Shown piece after piece: positions 28,633-37,915 of a stretch of 54,005 nucleotides of DNA (its first letter is position 1; every line of letters begins with the position of its first letter). Both the position numbers and the translations under genes were made by a program. The notes beneath the pieces were generated by a model, which had not been told where the DNA came from, searched no databases, and saw nothing but the letters and a program-made list of their open reading frames with translations. The stretch lies in sequence record SRR20825019_2721. One strand, written 5' to 3'.

Positions 28633-29340
28633 CTACTGCGCCTGTCGGCGCAGATAGAGCCATGCGGCGTGGGCAACGAGGGCTGCAAAGAACAGCAGGC
28701 CACCAAGCGACCATGTGTAACCGGCGGCTTCCTGATCGGCGATAAATGCCTCGATGCCATTGAGCGCCCAGCTTGCCGGGGTAAGCCACAGCACCGGCCG
28801 ATACCAGGCATCCTGGGGGATGAAGAGCCCGACCGTGGCGATGGCCGTATAAAGGTTGAGGATCTTGAACAGCCCCAATGCCTGCACCTTGTCGCGGGAA
28901 ATGGCGGGCACGAGCAGCGTCACCCAGGCGACGGACAGAGACAGCGTCAACACCGGCAACAGCCAGTGATGGAACGGCAGGTCTATGGCCTGGGCGCTGT
29001 AGATGAACGCGAAAGCATAGACCAGCACAAAGGCCGTGGGCAGGGCCACACGCGCCCATAGGACACCCATGGCCGACGCCGGACTGACCAGCAGGGCCTG
29101 GTTCACCCCGCTATCCATTTCGTCGACGATGAGCATGGCAAACAGATAGCCTATGCCGGGCATGTAGCAGAGCAGCAGCAGGAGCTGGGTATTGTGCCAC
29201 CATTCGGGATAAAGCCCCATATGCCGCAATATCGCGGCCGCTGCCGCCAGCACCAGCAGCATGACCACGACATTGACCATGACGCTGTCGCGGGTGATCG
29301 AGACGATGTCGTGTCGGATGACGTTGAGAACGCGATTCAT
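28633..29340 (-). CDS. ABC-2 exporter permease (fluoroquinolone-export-like)
   Basis: About six TM segments, IVDEMDSG...LLVSP, DKVQAL. Confidence 0.75.
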   Translation of the reverse strand: MNRVLNVIRHDIVSITRDSVMVNVVVMLLVLAAAAAILRHMGLYPEWWHNTQLLLLLCYMPGIGYLFAMLIVDEMDSGVNQALLVSPASAMGVLWARVALPTAFVLVYAFAFIYSAQAIDLPFHHWLLPVLTLSLSVAWVTLLVPAISRDKVQALGLFKILNLYTAIATVGLFIPQDAWYRPVLWLTPASWALNGIEAFIADQEAAGYTWSLGGLLFFAALVAHAAWLYLRRQAQ

Positions 29341-29351
29341 GGCTGGGCTCC

Positions 29352-30077
29352 CTATTCCTCGACCCGGCCGAGTTCAGACGTATAGGTGAGCACGCACCAG
29401 CGGAAAAAGACCACGATCATCAGGGCCATATAGGCAAAGGCATAGATGATGTCGGCGGAACTGACCGCAGCCGGATCTGCCGCCCAGAGCATGGCGCGCA
29501 ACATGGCGTGACCGGGATTTATGGCAAAGAGCAGCCACTGCCAGAACCCGGTGATAACACCAAAATGGGCCAGCAGTGGCAGAAACAGGATGATGGTGAT
29601 CGGCATGGCGCGGGCGATGAAGTGGTTCATCGACTTGGCCCTGGCCACGATGATAAACCCGCCCAGCACCCCGACGGCGCCGGTGAAGACCAGAACCAGC
29701 GTGAAGCGCAGCACCATATCGATTGGCGGAACCCAGAATGCCACGGCGACCAGAAACAGGCTGCCGGCTATGGCCAGCAGGGTCAGGGTGATAACCTTGG
29801 CCAGGATATAGTCCCGCACCGGCGCTGGTGAGACGGAGAGGGCAGACAGGGTATTCTGGCTGCGCTCCATCAGGACAATGGAGCCGACAAAACTGGCGCC
29901 CACAATCGCCGGGTCAAAGAACAGCACCAGGGTAAAAATGGTTGCCGGGGCGTCCGGCGGCAGAAGCTTGAGGAAGATGGCAAAGGCCAATGTGGTCAGC
30001 ACGGTGAAGAGATAGATGTTCTCCCGCGCCTGCAATTGCGCATCCCACTGGACGAGGCGCCAAAGGGTCGCGCTCAT
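29352..30077 (-). CDS. ABC-2 exporter permease (fluoroquinolone-export-like)
   Basis: FFDPAIVG, LMERSQNTLSALSVSP, YILAK. Confidence 0.78.
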   Translation of the reverse strand: MSATLWRLVQWDAQLQARENIYLFTVLTTLAFAIFLKLLPPDAPATIFTLVLFFDPAIVGASFVGSIVLMERSQNTLSALSVSPAPVRDYILAKVITLTLLAIAGSLFLVAVAFWVPPIDMVLRFTLVLVFTGAVGVLGGFIIVARAKSMNHFIARAMPITIILFLPLLAHFGVITGFWQWLLFAINPGHAMLRAMLWAADPAAVSSADIIYAFAYMALMIVVFFRWCVLTYTSELGRVEE

Positions 30078-30970
30078 AGTGTCGCCCCCGCTTCGGCGGC
30101 ATCGAGGCGATGGCCGGTGACATTGGTGAAGACCTGGTCAAGGCTTGCTTCCTGGGAGTGGATGCGGTCGACCTGGCCGGTGCGGAGCAGGGCAAGAAAA
30201 TCGGCATTGTCGCCCAGACCGTCGAGCGAAAATTCCTGCGCGGTGCCACCCGTCGTTCCGACCCGCACGATGCGTCTGCCATGCGCTGATTTGAGAGCGT
30301 CGGGTGTGTCGAGAGCCGCAAAGCGCCCATCGACCATGAAGGAAATGCGATCGCAGAGTTGATCGACATCGTTCATATTGTGCGTGGTGAGTACGACGGT
30401 TTTGCCCGCGCGAGCGAGGTCGGCGATCAGCGACTTGACGATGCCGGCGTTGACGGGATCGAGACCCGCAGTTGGTTCGTCGAGGAAAATCAGCTCCGGG
30501 TCATGCTGGATGGCGCGCACGAAATTGAGCCGCATGCGCATGCCCTTGGAGAAGGTCTCGACCTTCTTGTCGAGATGGGCTTCCAGCCCCACCAATGCCA
30601 GCATATCCGCCGGTGGGCGGCTGGGACGGGCGTAGAGCGAGGCGAAGAAGTTCAGATTTTCGCGGGCGGTGAATTTGAGATAATGATTGGGCAGCTCGAA
30701 GCCCACGCCAATCCGCTCGAAATAATCCGAGCCCCACGCGCTGAGCGGCTTTCCCATGATCGTCACCTGACCACCAAAGCTGCGCTGCTGGCGGGTGAGC
30801 ACTTTTTGTGTGGTGCTCTTGCCGGCGCCGGACGGACCGAGCAGGCCGAATATTTCGCCACGCCGAACGGCGAAGCTGACGCCTGCCACGGCGGGGCGGG
30901 CCTGGCCCGCGTAGCGGTAACTGAGATCAGTCACAGCGATGATGTCGTCGGCGATTCCGGCCACGGCCAT
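30074..30970 (-). CDS. ABC exporter ATP-binding subunit
   Basis: GPSGAGKS, FSKGM signature, FLDEPT, TTHNM; SD AAGGAG before ATG 30970. Confidence 0.92.
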   Translation of the reverse strand: MAVAGIADDIIAVTDLSYRYAGQARPAVAGVSFAVRRGEIFGLLGPSGAGKSTTQKVLTRQQRSFGGQVTIMGKPLSAWGSDYFERIGVGFELPNHYLKFTARENLNFFASLYARPSRPPADMLALVGLEAHLDKKVETFSKGMRMRLNFVRAIQHDPELIFLDEPTAGLDPVNAGIVKSLIADLARAGKTVVLTTHNMNDVDQLCDRISFMVDGRFAALDTPDALKSAHGRRIVRVGTTGGTAQEFSLDGLGDNADFLALLRTGQVDRIHSQEASLDQVFTNVTGHRLDAAEAGATL

Positions 30971-30980
30971 GAACGGCTCC

Positions 30981-31031
30981 TTGACTTGATTGGCGCGGCG
31001 CAGCATAAACAGACCGACGGTCGGTTTGCAA
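30981..31031. promoter_or_regulatory. Overlapping divergent promoters with TetR operator
   Basis: Plus strand TTGACT-N17-CATAAA; minus strand TTGCAA-N18-TATGCT; palindrome ACCGAC-G-GTCGGT at 31013-31025. Confidence 0.7.
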
Positions 31032-31042
31032 GGAGAATTGAA

Positions 31043-31735
31043 TTGGCGCGGAGCTATCTCAGCGCGGACGAACGGCGCGAACAGATCCTTGATTGCGCGC
31101 AGACCTTGTTCTTTTCCAAGGGTTTCGAAGCCACGACCGTGCAGGACCTGATGCTGGCTGCCGGGGTGTCCAAGGGCGGTTTCTATCATCACTTCGCGGC
31201 CAAGGAGGATGTGCTGGAAGCCGTGAGCCAGCGCCTTGCCGGCGTGTCGGTGCAGCTCATCGAGGAGGTGATGGCCATTCCCGGTCTGACCGCGTTCGAA
31301 CGGCTCAACCAGTCCCTGAGAGCGTTGCGCCAATTCAAGACAGAACATGCCGAGGGCATTCTGGCGGCCTTCGCTGCCTTGCTGCGCCCGGAGAACATGA
31401 CGCTCTATACGCGGATCAATCGGGTCAATATCGAAGCGGTGCTGCCCTTGTTTACAGAGATCATCGCAGCGGGGCGGGAGGATGGGAGCTTTGCTGTTCC
31501 CGACGCCCAACTGGCCGCACAGGCCTTGCTCGCGCTGGGCAGCATGACCCATGACGCCGTGGCCAGAGCTATTGCCAGCAAGGGCACCGGCGATGGCCGG
31601 GCCGCCAATGCCGCATTGAGTGCAGCGCTGGATTGGCAGGGCATAGCGATCGACCGGATCCTTGGCCTGCCGGACGGGAGCATTCAATTTGTGGAGCCAG
31701 GTTTTGTTGACACGCTCTTGCCCATAGAGGGCTAG
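31043..31735 (+). CDS. TetR/AcrR family regulator
   Basis: RREQILDCA..LFFSKGFEATTVQD...GVSKGGFYHHF; SD AAGGAG before TTG 31043. Confidence 0.9.
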   Translation: MARSYLSADERREQILDCAQTLFFSKGFEATTVQDLMLAAGVSKGGFYHHFAAKEDVLEAVSQRLAGVSVQLIEEVMAIPGLTAFERLNQSLRALRQFKTEHAEGILAAFAALLRPENMTLYTRINRVNIEAVLPLFTEIIAAGREDGSFAVPDAQLAAQALLALGSMTHDAVARAIASKGTGDGRAANAALSAALDWQGIAIDRILGLPDGSIQFVEPGFVDTLLPIEG

Positions 31736-31803
31736 ACACGGTGGATCTGTGGTCCCAGCATTGGCGACATGAGCGGGGCGGAAGGGTTTTGGGGGGCGAA
31801 GTC

Positions 31804-32589
31804 ATGGAAGTAGTGCTCGGCGCAACTTTGCACGATCCGGTCGGACGGACTGCCGAGGCCATCGCGCGGCTAGCGTCCGAATTGCAGGCCGTGTTTCCCG
31901 CCATCGCACTCAATATTTCCGATCTCACCCGCCCCGAAGTCGTCGGTGCCGCGGCCGCGCTGGGCGCGTCGATCACACGCCATGTGAGCGACGAAGCGCA
32001 TATCGGCCGGTTTCGGCGCGATGCGGTCGTGCAAGCGGCCGATGGCCGCCACGTACTCTATGCCGATTTTGATCATTTGCTGCGCTGGGTCGAAATTGGG
32101 CGGGATGATCTGGTGCGGGCGTTGGAGACCGAGCCTGATGCGGATTTGCTCGTGATCGGGCGCTCTGAAGCTGCCCTTGCGGCGGAGCCTCGGCGGCTGC
32201 GGGAAACTGAACATCTGGTCAATTATACCCACCAACTGCTCACCGGAGAGAATTGGGATTTGATGTTCGCCATCAGGCGTCTTTCACCAGCGGCGGTGCA
32301 ATTGATCGCGACTGAGAGCCGGATTGACACACTCGCCAATGACGTCGAATGGCCCCTGCTGGCCAGGCGCGCAGGCCTCGCGCTGGGATATATCGAATCT
32401 GATGCGCTGTACTACCGAACTGTCCAGGAGTTTGGGGCAGAGGAAGATAGTGGCGACGAAGATCCTTTGCAGTGGATCCGACGCTTGGAATTTGCGGCGC
32501 TGCATGCCGGGGCCATGCGGGAATTTCTGGGTCGCGAGGCGGACGGCAAACGGCGTGCTGTAGGTCAGCCGGGGGAAACTAGTGTCTGA
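31804..32589 (+). CDS. Hypothetical protein, possible GT-A glycosyltransferase-like fold
   Basis: TLHDP near the N-terminus, LYADFD (DxD), VIGRS, DVEWP. Confidence 0.5.
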   Translation: MEVVLGATLHDPVGRTAEAIARLASELQAVFPAIALNISDLTRPEVVGAAAALGASITRHVSDEAHIGRFRRDAVVQAADGRHVLYADFDHLLRWVEIGRDDLVRALETEPDADLLVIGRSEAALAAEPRRLRETEHLVNYTHQLLTGENWDLMFAIRRLSPAAVQLIATESRIDTLANDVEWPLLARRAGLALGYIESDALYYRTVQEFGAEEDSGDEDPLQWIRRLEFAALHAGAMREFLGREADGKRRAVGQPGETSV

Positions 32590-33155
32590 AGCCGGCTGAC
32601 GGCCTTGGGTGCGAATTCTTCCAGCATTGCCGCATCCTGCCACTGCGCGGCATGGACTTCTTCGAGCTGGGCGACCAGGGGCAGGGCCGGGTCTGCGACG
32701 AAGAGATATTGCAGATCGTGGTGGATGTGTGGTGGCTCGTTGCGCGAAGCCTTGCCTGGCACGTCATGGCTGCCGATGACGAAGGGCAGGTCGCTTTTTT
32801 GATGCCAGGGGTGCAGGGCCAGGCCGGTGACGCCGGTCTCCTCCTCGGCCTCGCGCATGGCGGAGTGGTGAAAGGCCGGCGCGTCCTCATAGTGCCCGCC
32901 CGGCTGCAGCCAGCGGCCAATCGTGATGTGGTCGATCAGCAATGTCTGGCGGTGATCGGGCGAGAGGATAATGGCGCTGGTCGTCACATGGCCGGGATAG
33001 GTGGTGCGCAATTCGAGCCGATGGCCCTGTTCGATCTGCCAACGGAGCAGGGAGAGATGTTCGCCAGGTGCGGCGACTTCGGAAAGATAGCGGACTACTG
33101 TGGCGGCAAGGGCCTGGGTGAATTCGGCAGGTGTTTTCAAGTCCGTGGCCCACAT
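32565..33155 (-). CDS. NUDIX hydrolase
   Basis: GHVTTSA, WLQPGGHYE...AMREAEEETG Nudix box. Confidence 0.88.
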   Translation of the reverse strand: MWATDLKTPAEFTQALAATVVRYLSEVAAPGEHLSLLRWQIEQGHRLELRTTYPGHVTTSAIILSPDHRQTLLIDHITIGRWLQPGGHYEDAPAFHHSAMREAEEETGVTGLALHPWHQKSDLPFVIGSHDVPGKASRNEPPHIHHDLQYLFVADPALPLVAQLEEVHAAQWQDAAMLEEFAPKAVSRLQTLVSPG

Positions 33156-33682
33156 GTGATTTCGGACAATTCCTGCTCGAAGCGGGTGCGCATGGCCTCG
33201 TGTGGCGGGGAGAGGCGAACGAGCACGAAGAGCTGGTTGGTCGGCGCTTCGACGATCAGCAGGCCTTCGGCAATATCGATCTGTTGCTGGGCCAGCAGGC
33301 GCGTCTGCGCGGCATTGAAGATGCCCATGTCGACGGTTTGGCCGATGCCGTCTCGATTGGTGGTGGAATAGATGACGATGCCATTTTGGTCATAGACGGC
33401 CACCGACCAGAAGGCGTCGGGCAGCACGCCATTGAGATAGGCCGGGCCTTCGCCCAGATCGACCTGGCACAGCCCGTAACTCAATTCGGGATCCAGGTGC
33501 AGCGGATTGGGGTCACCCTGTGTGACACGGTCGAGCACCAGCACGCGATTATTCGCTTCAAGGGCGCTGACGCGGGACCATGTGGTTTCTTCGGCCAGGA
33601 GCGGCAGGGTCAGGATGGCCGTGATATGGATGATACCACCCAAGATCAGCCCGCCGATTAGCCAGAGGAGGGTCCGTGTCAC
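33137..33682 (-). CDS. DUF1254-like protein
   Basis: GGIIHI TM anchor, DPELSYGLC, FWSVAVYD; GTGA coupling with the upstream gene. Confidence 0.75.
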   Translation of the reverse strand: MTRTLLWLIGGLILGGIIHITAILTLPLLAEETTWSRVSALEANNRVLVLDRVTQGDPNPLHLDPELSYGLCQVDLGEGPAYLNGVLPDAFWSVAVYDQNGIVIYSTTNRDGIGQTVDMGIFNAAQTRLLAQQQIDIAEGLLIVEAPTNQLFVLVRLSPPHEAMRTRFEQELSEITCGPRT

Positions 33683-34254
33683 CGGCAATCCTCCAGCGTA
33701 ATGGAGGGCATGGTGGTGTCCGACGAGGCAAAGCTGGACAGGGCCCGGGTATCGTAGAGCGTCAGGACGAGCTGGAACGTGCCGCTGCCGGCCAGCTCAA
33801 GCCAATTGCCCGGTCGCAGGCGCGTGCCGATATGCAATTGCATATCGCCATCCGGCTGGCGCACGACTTCACTGGAGCGCAGGGTCGCGTCTGTGCCTGG
33901 GGCGGCGAGGTTGACCCATTCGCTATCGACCGCGGACAGCGTCCAGAAGGTCGACACAGGCACATGCCCGGCGATCACATAGGAGCAGGCCAGATCAAGC
34001 GGCGCGCCATCACTGTCGGTGGTGGCCAGGAATTCCAGGCCCTCGCTTTGCCCAAGCTGAAGCGCCGCCTCCCGGGTGATGTGACCACGCGTATACGGAT
34101 TGGGGCCAGGAGACCCGACATCTGGCCATGCCGTCCAGGGACCGAGGGACACCGCCCCGAACAGCCGCCCATCAGTGAGGGCGTAGTAGCTCAGCCCAAA
34201 ACCGACAGCCAGGGCGATGCAGATGGCGGTGAGGAGACGCAGGATGAAACGCAC
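33679..34254 (-). CDS. DUF1214-like protein
   Basis: GPWTAWP, NPYTR, DSDGAPL, FWTL, PGNWL, LTLYDT. Confidence 0.78.
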   Translation of the reverse strand: MRFILRLLTAICIALAVGFGLSYYALTDGRLFGAVSLGPWTAWPDVGSPGPNPYTRGHITREAALQLGQSEGLEFLATTDSDGAPLDLACSYVIAGHVPVSTFWTLSAVDSEWVNLAAPGTDATLRSSEVVRQPDGDMQLHIGTRLRPGNWLELAGSGTFQLVLTLYDTRALSSFASSDTTMPSITLEDCR

Positions 34255-34358
34255 GGGTCAGCTCGTCTGCATTTTGGGCATGGTTGGCTGGGCCGCTGCG
34301 TTGAAGGTCGGCAAGGCTTGTAACAACGCAATGGCCGGTGCGGAAGGCGTTTGTGACG

Positions 34359-36518
34359 TCAAAGGCCGGTCGGTCCCGATCCGGGCGCCTGGGCGGTGTC
34401 TCGGATCGGTGCGGTGCTCGCACTGGCTGCTTCCAGACGATCTGCCAGGTCGAGCAGTTTGCGGGCCGCAGCCGGCTTGAGGCTGGGTGGCCGCTCGATC
34501 ACCTCTTCGACCTGTTCCAGGTCTGCATCCGCGACGATTGCCTGCGGGGGCTCGAAGTCGACGCCGAAGACCGGCATGACTTCAATATTGGTGTGAGCAA
34601 AAGCCATGAACTTCTGCCATGCCGTGGCGGGCAGGGTGCCGCCGGTGAGGTTGTTGGTCGGCCGGTAATCGTCATTGCCGAACCAGACGGCGGCCACGTA
34701 ATTGCCGGTAAAGCCGCAGAACCAGGCATCGCGATAGGACGTGGTGGTGCCCGTCTTGCCCAATGCGGGCACGCCTTCGACGGCGGCCCGCCGGCCTGTG
34801 CCGCCAGTGACCACGGTATGCATCATCTGGTTCATATAGGAGACGGTCTGCTCCGAGAGCACGCGTTCGCGCGGCGCATCTGCGTCGCGTTCCCAGACGA
34901 GCTGTTCACCAAGCGTGGTCATGCGGGTCAGGCCATAGGCCTGAGTCTTGTAGCCGTGATTGGCAAAGACGGCGTAGGAGCTCGTCATGTCCAGCACCGA
35001 AACGGAGGCCACGCCGAGCGCCAGTGAGCGTGTGACAGGGTATTCCTGCCGCAGACCCATGCGATAGCTGAGTTGGGCGATGGCATCGCGTCCGGTCTTG
35101 ATCGAGAGGGTGACGGGCACAGTGTTGATCGACGCGGCAAAGGCGCTGAGCAGGGTTGTCTGGCCACGATAGGAACGGCCGTAATTCTGCGGGCACCAGT
35201 CACCAATGCAGACCGGGCGGTCCGAAATTGTATCGCTTGGTGTCAGGCCAAGCTGCTCGAAGGCCTCCGCATAGACGAACGGCTTGTAGGACGAACCGGG
35301 CTGGCGGGTGGAGACAATGGCCCGATTGAACTGGCTCTTGGCATAGTCCGTGCCGCCCACCATGGCCCGGATGGCGCCCTGGGTGTCGGTGACCACCATG
35401 GCGCCCTGTTCAACCCGATACTGCTCGCCCTGCTCGCGGATCACCGAAGTGATGGCCTCCTCGGCATAGGATTGCAGGGTGGTATCGATCGTGGTGCGGA
35501 CGATGAAATTATTGCCCGGCGCATTGGTGGTCTCGATGATCGCCTTGGCTTCTTCGAAAGCCCAGTCGAGGAAGTAATTCGGGGAATTGATATCGTCGCT
35601 GCGATCAATCGCGGCGGCCGGATGCCGGCGCGCTGCCGTCACCTGGCCCTCGGTGAGAAAGCCGGACGCGACCAGATTGGTCAGCACCAGATTGGCGCGG
35701 CCGCGCGCAGCAGCCAGATCGACATGGGGCGCGTAATTGCCCGGCGCCTTGAACATGCCGGCGAGCATGGCGGCCTCGGCCAGGTTGATGTCCTGCACGC
35801 GCTTGCCGAAATAGAATTCAGCGGCGGCGGTCACGCCATAATTGCCGCCGCCCATATAGGCGCGGTCAAAATAGAGCTTGAGGATCTGGTCCTTGGAGTA
35901 GTTCCATTCCAGCCAGACCGAGAGAAAGGCCTCGACGATCTTGCGCTCCAGCGTGCGCTCGGAGGAAAGGAACAGATTCTTGGCAAGTTGCTGGGTGATC
36001 GAGGACCCGCCCTGCGTGCCGCGATCGCCCTGCGCATTGCTCATCAGGGCACGCAACGTGCCCACCACGTCGATGCCGAAATGCTCGTAGAAGCGCCGGT
36101 CCTCGGTGGCCAGGGTCGCCTTGAGCAGGTAGTCGGGCATCTGGTCGAGAGCAACGCTGTCATCCGAGCGGATACCGCGCCGGCCGATCTCATTGCCGAA
36201 TCGATCCATGAACACGACCGAGTAATCCTCGGCCTTGTTGAAAGCACCACGGTCGATGATATCAAAGGCAGGCAGGGCGAGGGCGGTCATCAAAATGGCG
36301 CCAATGGCGCCGAAGCTGAAGGCGTCGGACAGAATTTCGACGAAGAAGCGCTTTATGCCTGCGACGTGAAAGCGGGACATGAAGTCCTGGTAGCGGGTAT
36401 AGCCGCGGCCCAGGGTCTGCCAGAACTCATAAAGCGAGGAATCGAGCCAGGCGTCAGCCGCCAGCATGCCGGCTTTTGGCCTGCGCTTCTTTTCCTTGGT
36501 GTAGAATGGATCCTGCAC
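34359..36518 (-). CDS. Class A penicillin-binding protein (PBP1A family)
   Basis: GT motifs EDRRFYEHFG and GGSSITQQLAKN; TP motifs SSYK, SIN and KTGT; GTG 36518 (VQDPF). Confidence 0.93.
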   Translation of the reverse strand: MQDPFYTKEKKRRPKAGMLAADAWLDSSLYEFWQTLGRGYTRYQDFMSRFHVAGIKRFFVEILSDAFSFGAIGAILMTALALPAFDIIDRGAFNKAEDYSVVFMDRFGNEIGRRGIRSDDSVALDQMPDYLLKATLATEDRRFYEHFGIDVVGTLRALMSNAQGDRGTQGGSSITQQLAKNLFLSSERTLERKIVEAFLSVWLEWNYSKDQILKLYFDRAYMGGGNYGVTAAAEFYFGKRVQDINLAEAAMLAGMFKAPGNYAPHVDLAAARGRANLVLTNLVASGFLTEGQVTAARRHPAAAIDRSDDINSPNYFLDWAFEEAKAIIETTNAPGNNFIVRTTIDTTLQSYAEEAITSVIREQGEQYRVEQGAMVVTDTQGAIRAMVGGTDYAKSQFNRAIVSTRQPGSSYKPFVYAEAFEQLGLTPSDTISDRPVCIGDWCPQNYGRSYRGQTTLLSAFAASINTVPVTLSIKTGRDAIAQLSYRMGLRQEYPVTRSLALGVASVSVLDMTSSYAVFANHGYKTQAYGLTRMTTLGEQLVWERDADAPRERVLSEQTVSYMNQMMHTVVTGGTGRRAAVEGVPALGKTGTTTSYRDAWFCGFTGNYVAAVWFGNDDYRPTNNLTGGTLPATAWQKFMAFAHTNIEVMPVFGVDFEPPQAIVADADLEQVEEVIERPPSLKPAAARKLLDLADRLEAASASTAPIRDTAQAPGSGPTGL

Positions 36519-36652
36519 TTTGAACCCCAACGCCCCGATATGGGGAGGATTGTCCGCAAAACCCGGACAAGGCAACGCAATCGCTGGAATATGATTGCAT
36601 TGGTCTGCCCGCAAGCGCAAACCGGCAACAGCATGAATGGCAAACGGTAAAT

Positions 36653-37108
36653 ATGGCCTTTTGGGAAGAAAAGTCGCTCGAGCAGATGTCTCCAACCGAA
36701 TGGGAGGCCCTGTGCGACGGTTGCGGGCGGTGCTGCCTGATCAAGCTTGAGGACGAGGATAGCGGCACGCTCATCACGTCTGATGTGCGCTGCAAGCTGC
36801 TCGATGGAGACAGTTGCGCCTGTACAAACTATCCCCGGCGCAAGGAAATCGTGCCGGACTGCATCAAGTTGACACCAGAGAATGTGCGGGAAATTCCATG
36901 GATTCCCACCACCTGCGCCTATCGCCGTCTGGCCGAGGGCAAGGGCCTGGCCTGGTGGCATCCGCTGGTTTCGGGCGACCCGCAAACCGTGGTGGATGTG
37001 GGCGTTTCGGTCAAAGGGCGCACGTTTCTCGAAACGGAAATTGATGCCGAAGACTGGGAAGAGCATGCGGTGGACTGGCCCGAATGGGAGCCGCCGGAAA
37101 GTCTTTGA
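36653..37108 (+). CDS. ycgN: YcgN/UPF0260 cysteine-cluster protein
   Basis: EWEALCDGCGRCC, CTNYPRR, VPDC, TCAYR, WHPLVSG. Confidence 0.9.
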   Translation: MAFWEEKSLEQMSPTEWEALCDGCGRCCLIKLEDEDSGTLITSDVRCKLLDGDSCACTNYPRRKEIVPDCIKLTPENVREIPWIPTTCAYRRLAEGKGLAWWHPLVSGDPQTVVDVGVSVKGRTFLETEIDAEDWEEHAVDWPEWEPPESL

Positions 37109-37184
37109 TGTGAAGTGCTTACCTGCTGTTAACCATAAGTGTGGCCTGATTGGGCCAATCGGGTAACGGCCCAGGACAGGCTTG

Positions 37185-37823
37185 ATGAACAGAGTGACCA
37201 TGAGCGGCAGTGAAGGGCTTTGGGCGCGTATTCGCACAGCGCTGGCGCGCGGCAACGAAGCGCATGAGCCGCCCTATGGCCACGCCGCCATCGCCCGCAA
37301 TCCCAACAAGAAATCCCGTTTGGCCCAGCGCATCGATGAGGAATTGCGGCGCGGCTGGAGCTATTGTGCAGAGCGCAATGTGTCGCTGTGTGTTCTGGCC
37401 CTGGAAGTCGATGGCTATGCCGAATATTTTGCCACCTATGGCCGCGAGGCGGTTGAAGACAGCTTTGATTCCCTCGAATCGGTCATTGGCGCGCAGTTGA
37501 GCCGCGAGACCGAAATCTGCCTACGCAGCGGACAGACCGGCTTTGTGCTCGTGCTGCCCGACATGCCGGCCCTGATGGCCCGCGACCTGGCCAGCCGGAT
37601 TGCCGCTGCTTTGCGCCGGGAGGGTATTCCCAATCGCGAAAGCCATGCCGGCCAGGTGACGCTGAGCACCGGGATCGCCGTGGTCAATCCGCAGGGGAAA
37701 CTGGACCGCTCCGTGCTCAATGCCGCCTCGCAGGCGGTCAAGAAGGCCCAGCGGCGCGGGTTGGCGCGGCTGGAGGTCATGGACCTGCGCGGGCGCGACG
37801 ACAAGCGGCGTCACGCCGCCTGA
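37185..37823 (+). CDS. Degenerate stand-alone GGDEF-domain protein
   Basis: GGDEF fold (EELRR, LALEVD, YGRE, FVLVLP, VTLSTG, AVKKAQRRG) with GQTGF at the active site. Confidence 0.75.
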   Translation: MNRVTMSGSEGLWARIRTALARGNEAHEPPYGHAAIARNPNKKSRLAQRIDEELRRGWSYCAERNVSLCVLALEVDGYAEYFATYGREAVEDSFDSLESVIGAQLSRETEICLRSGQTGFVLVLPDMPALMARDLASRIAAALRREGIPNRESHAGQVTLSTGIAVVNPQGKLDRSVLNAASQAVKKAQRRGLARLEVMDLRGRDDKRRHAA

Positions 37824-37832
37824 TATCCCCAC

Positions 37833-37860
37833 GGTTGCCAGGTGAACTGGCAGCCTTTAT
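37833..37860 (+). terminator. Probable terminator
   Basis: GGTTGCCAG-GTGAA-CTGGCAGCC followed by TTTAT. Confidence 0.45.
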
Positions 37861-37915
37861 GAGACCCGTCCCCGCGCGGTAGGCGCGACCTATCCTTTTT
37901 CGCGGACGGCTCGCC

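Noticed and set aside
30074-31735. Apparent long overlapping ORFs (537 aa and 458 aa) covering both the ABC ATPase and TetR
   Set aside because: These are upstream extensions; real starts with SDs are at 30970 (-) and 31043 (+).
34258-34390. Alternative-frame extension suggesting a frameshifted PBP1A C-terminus
   Set aside because: All catalytic domains end before the 34359 stop and the alternative peptide has no recognisable motif.
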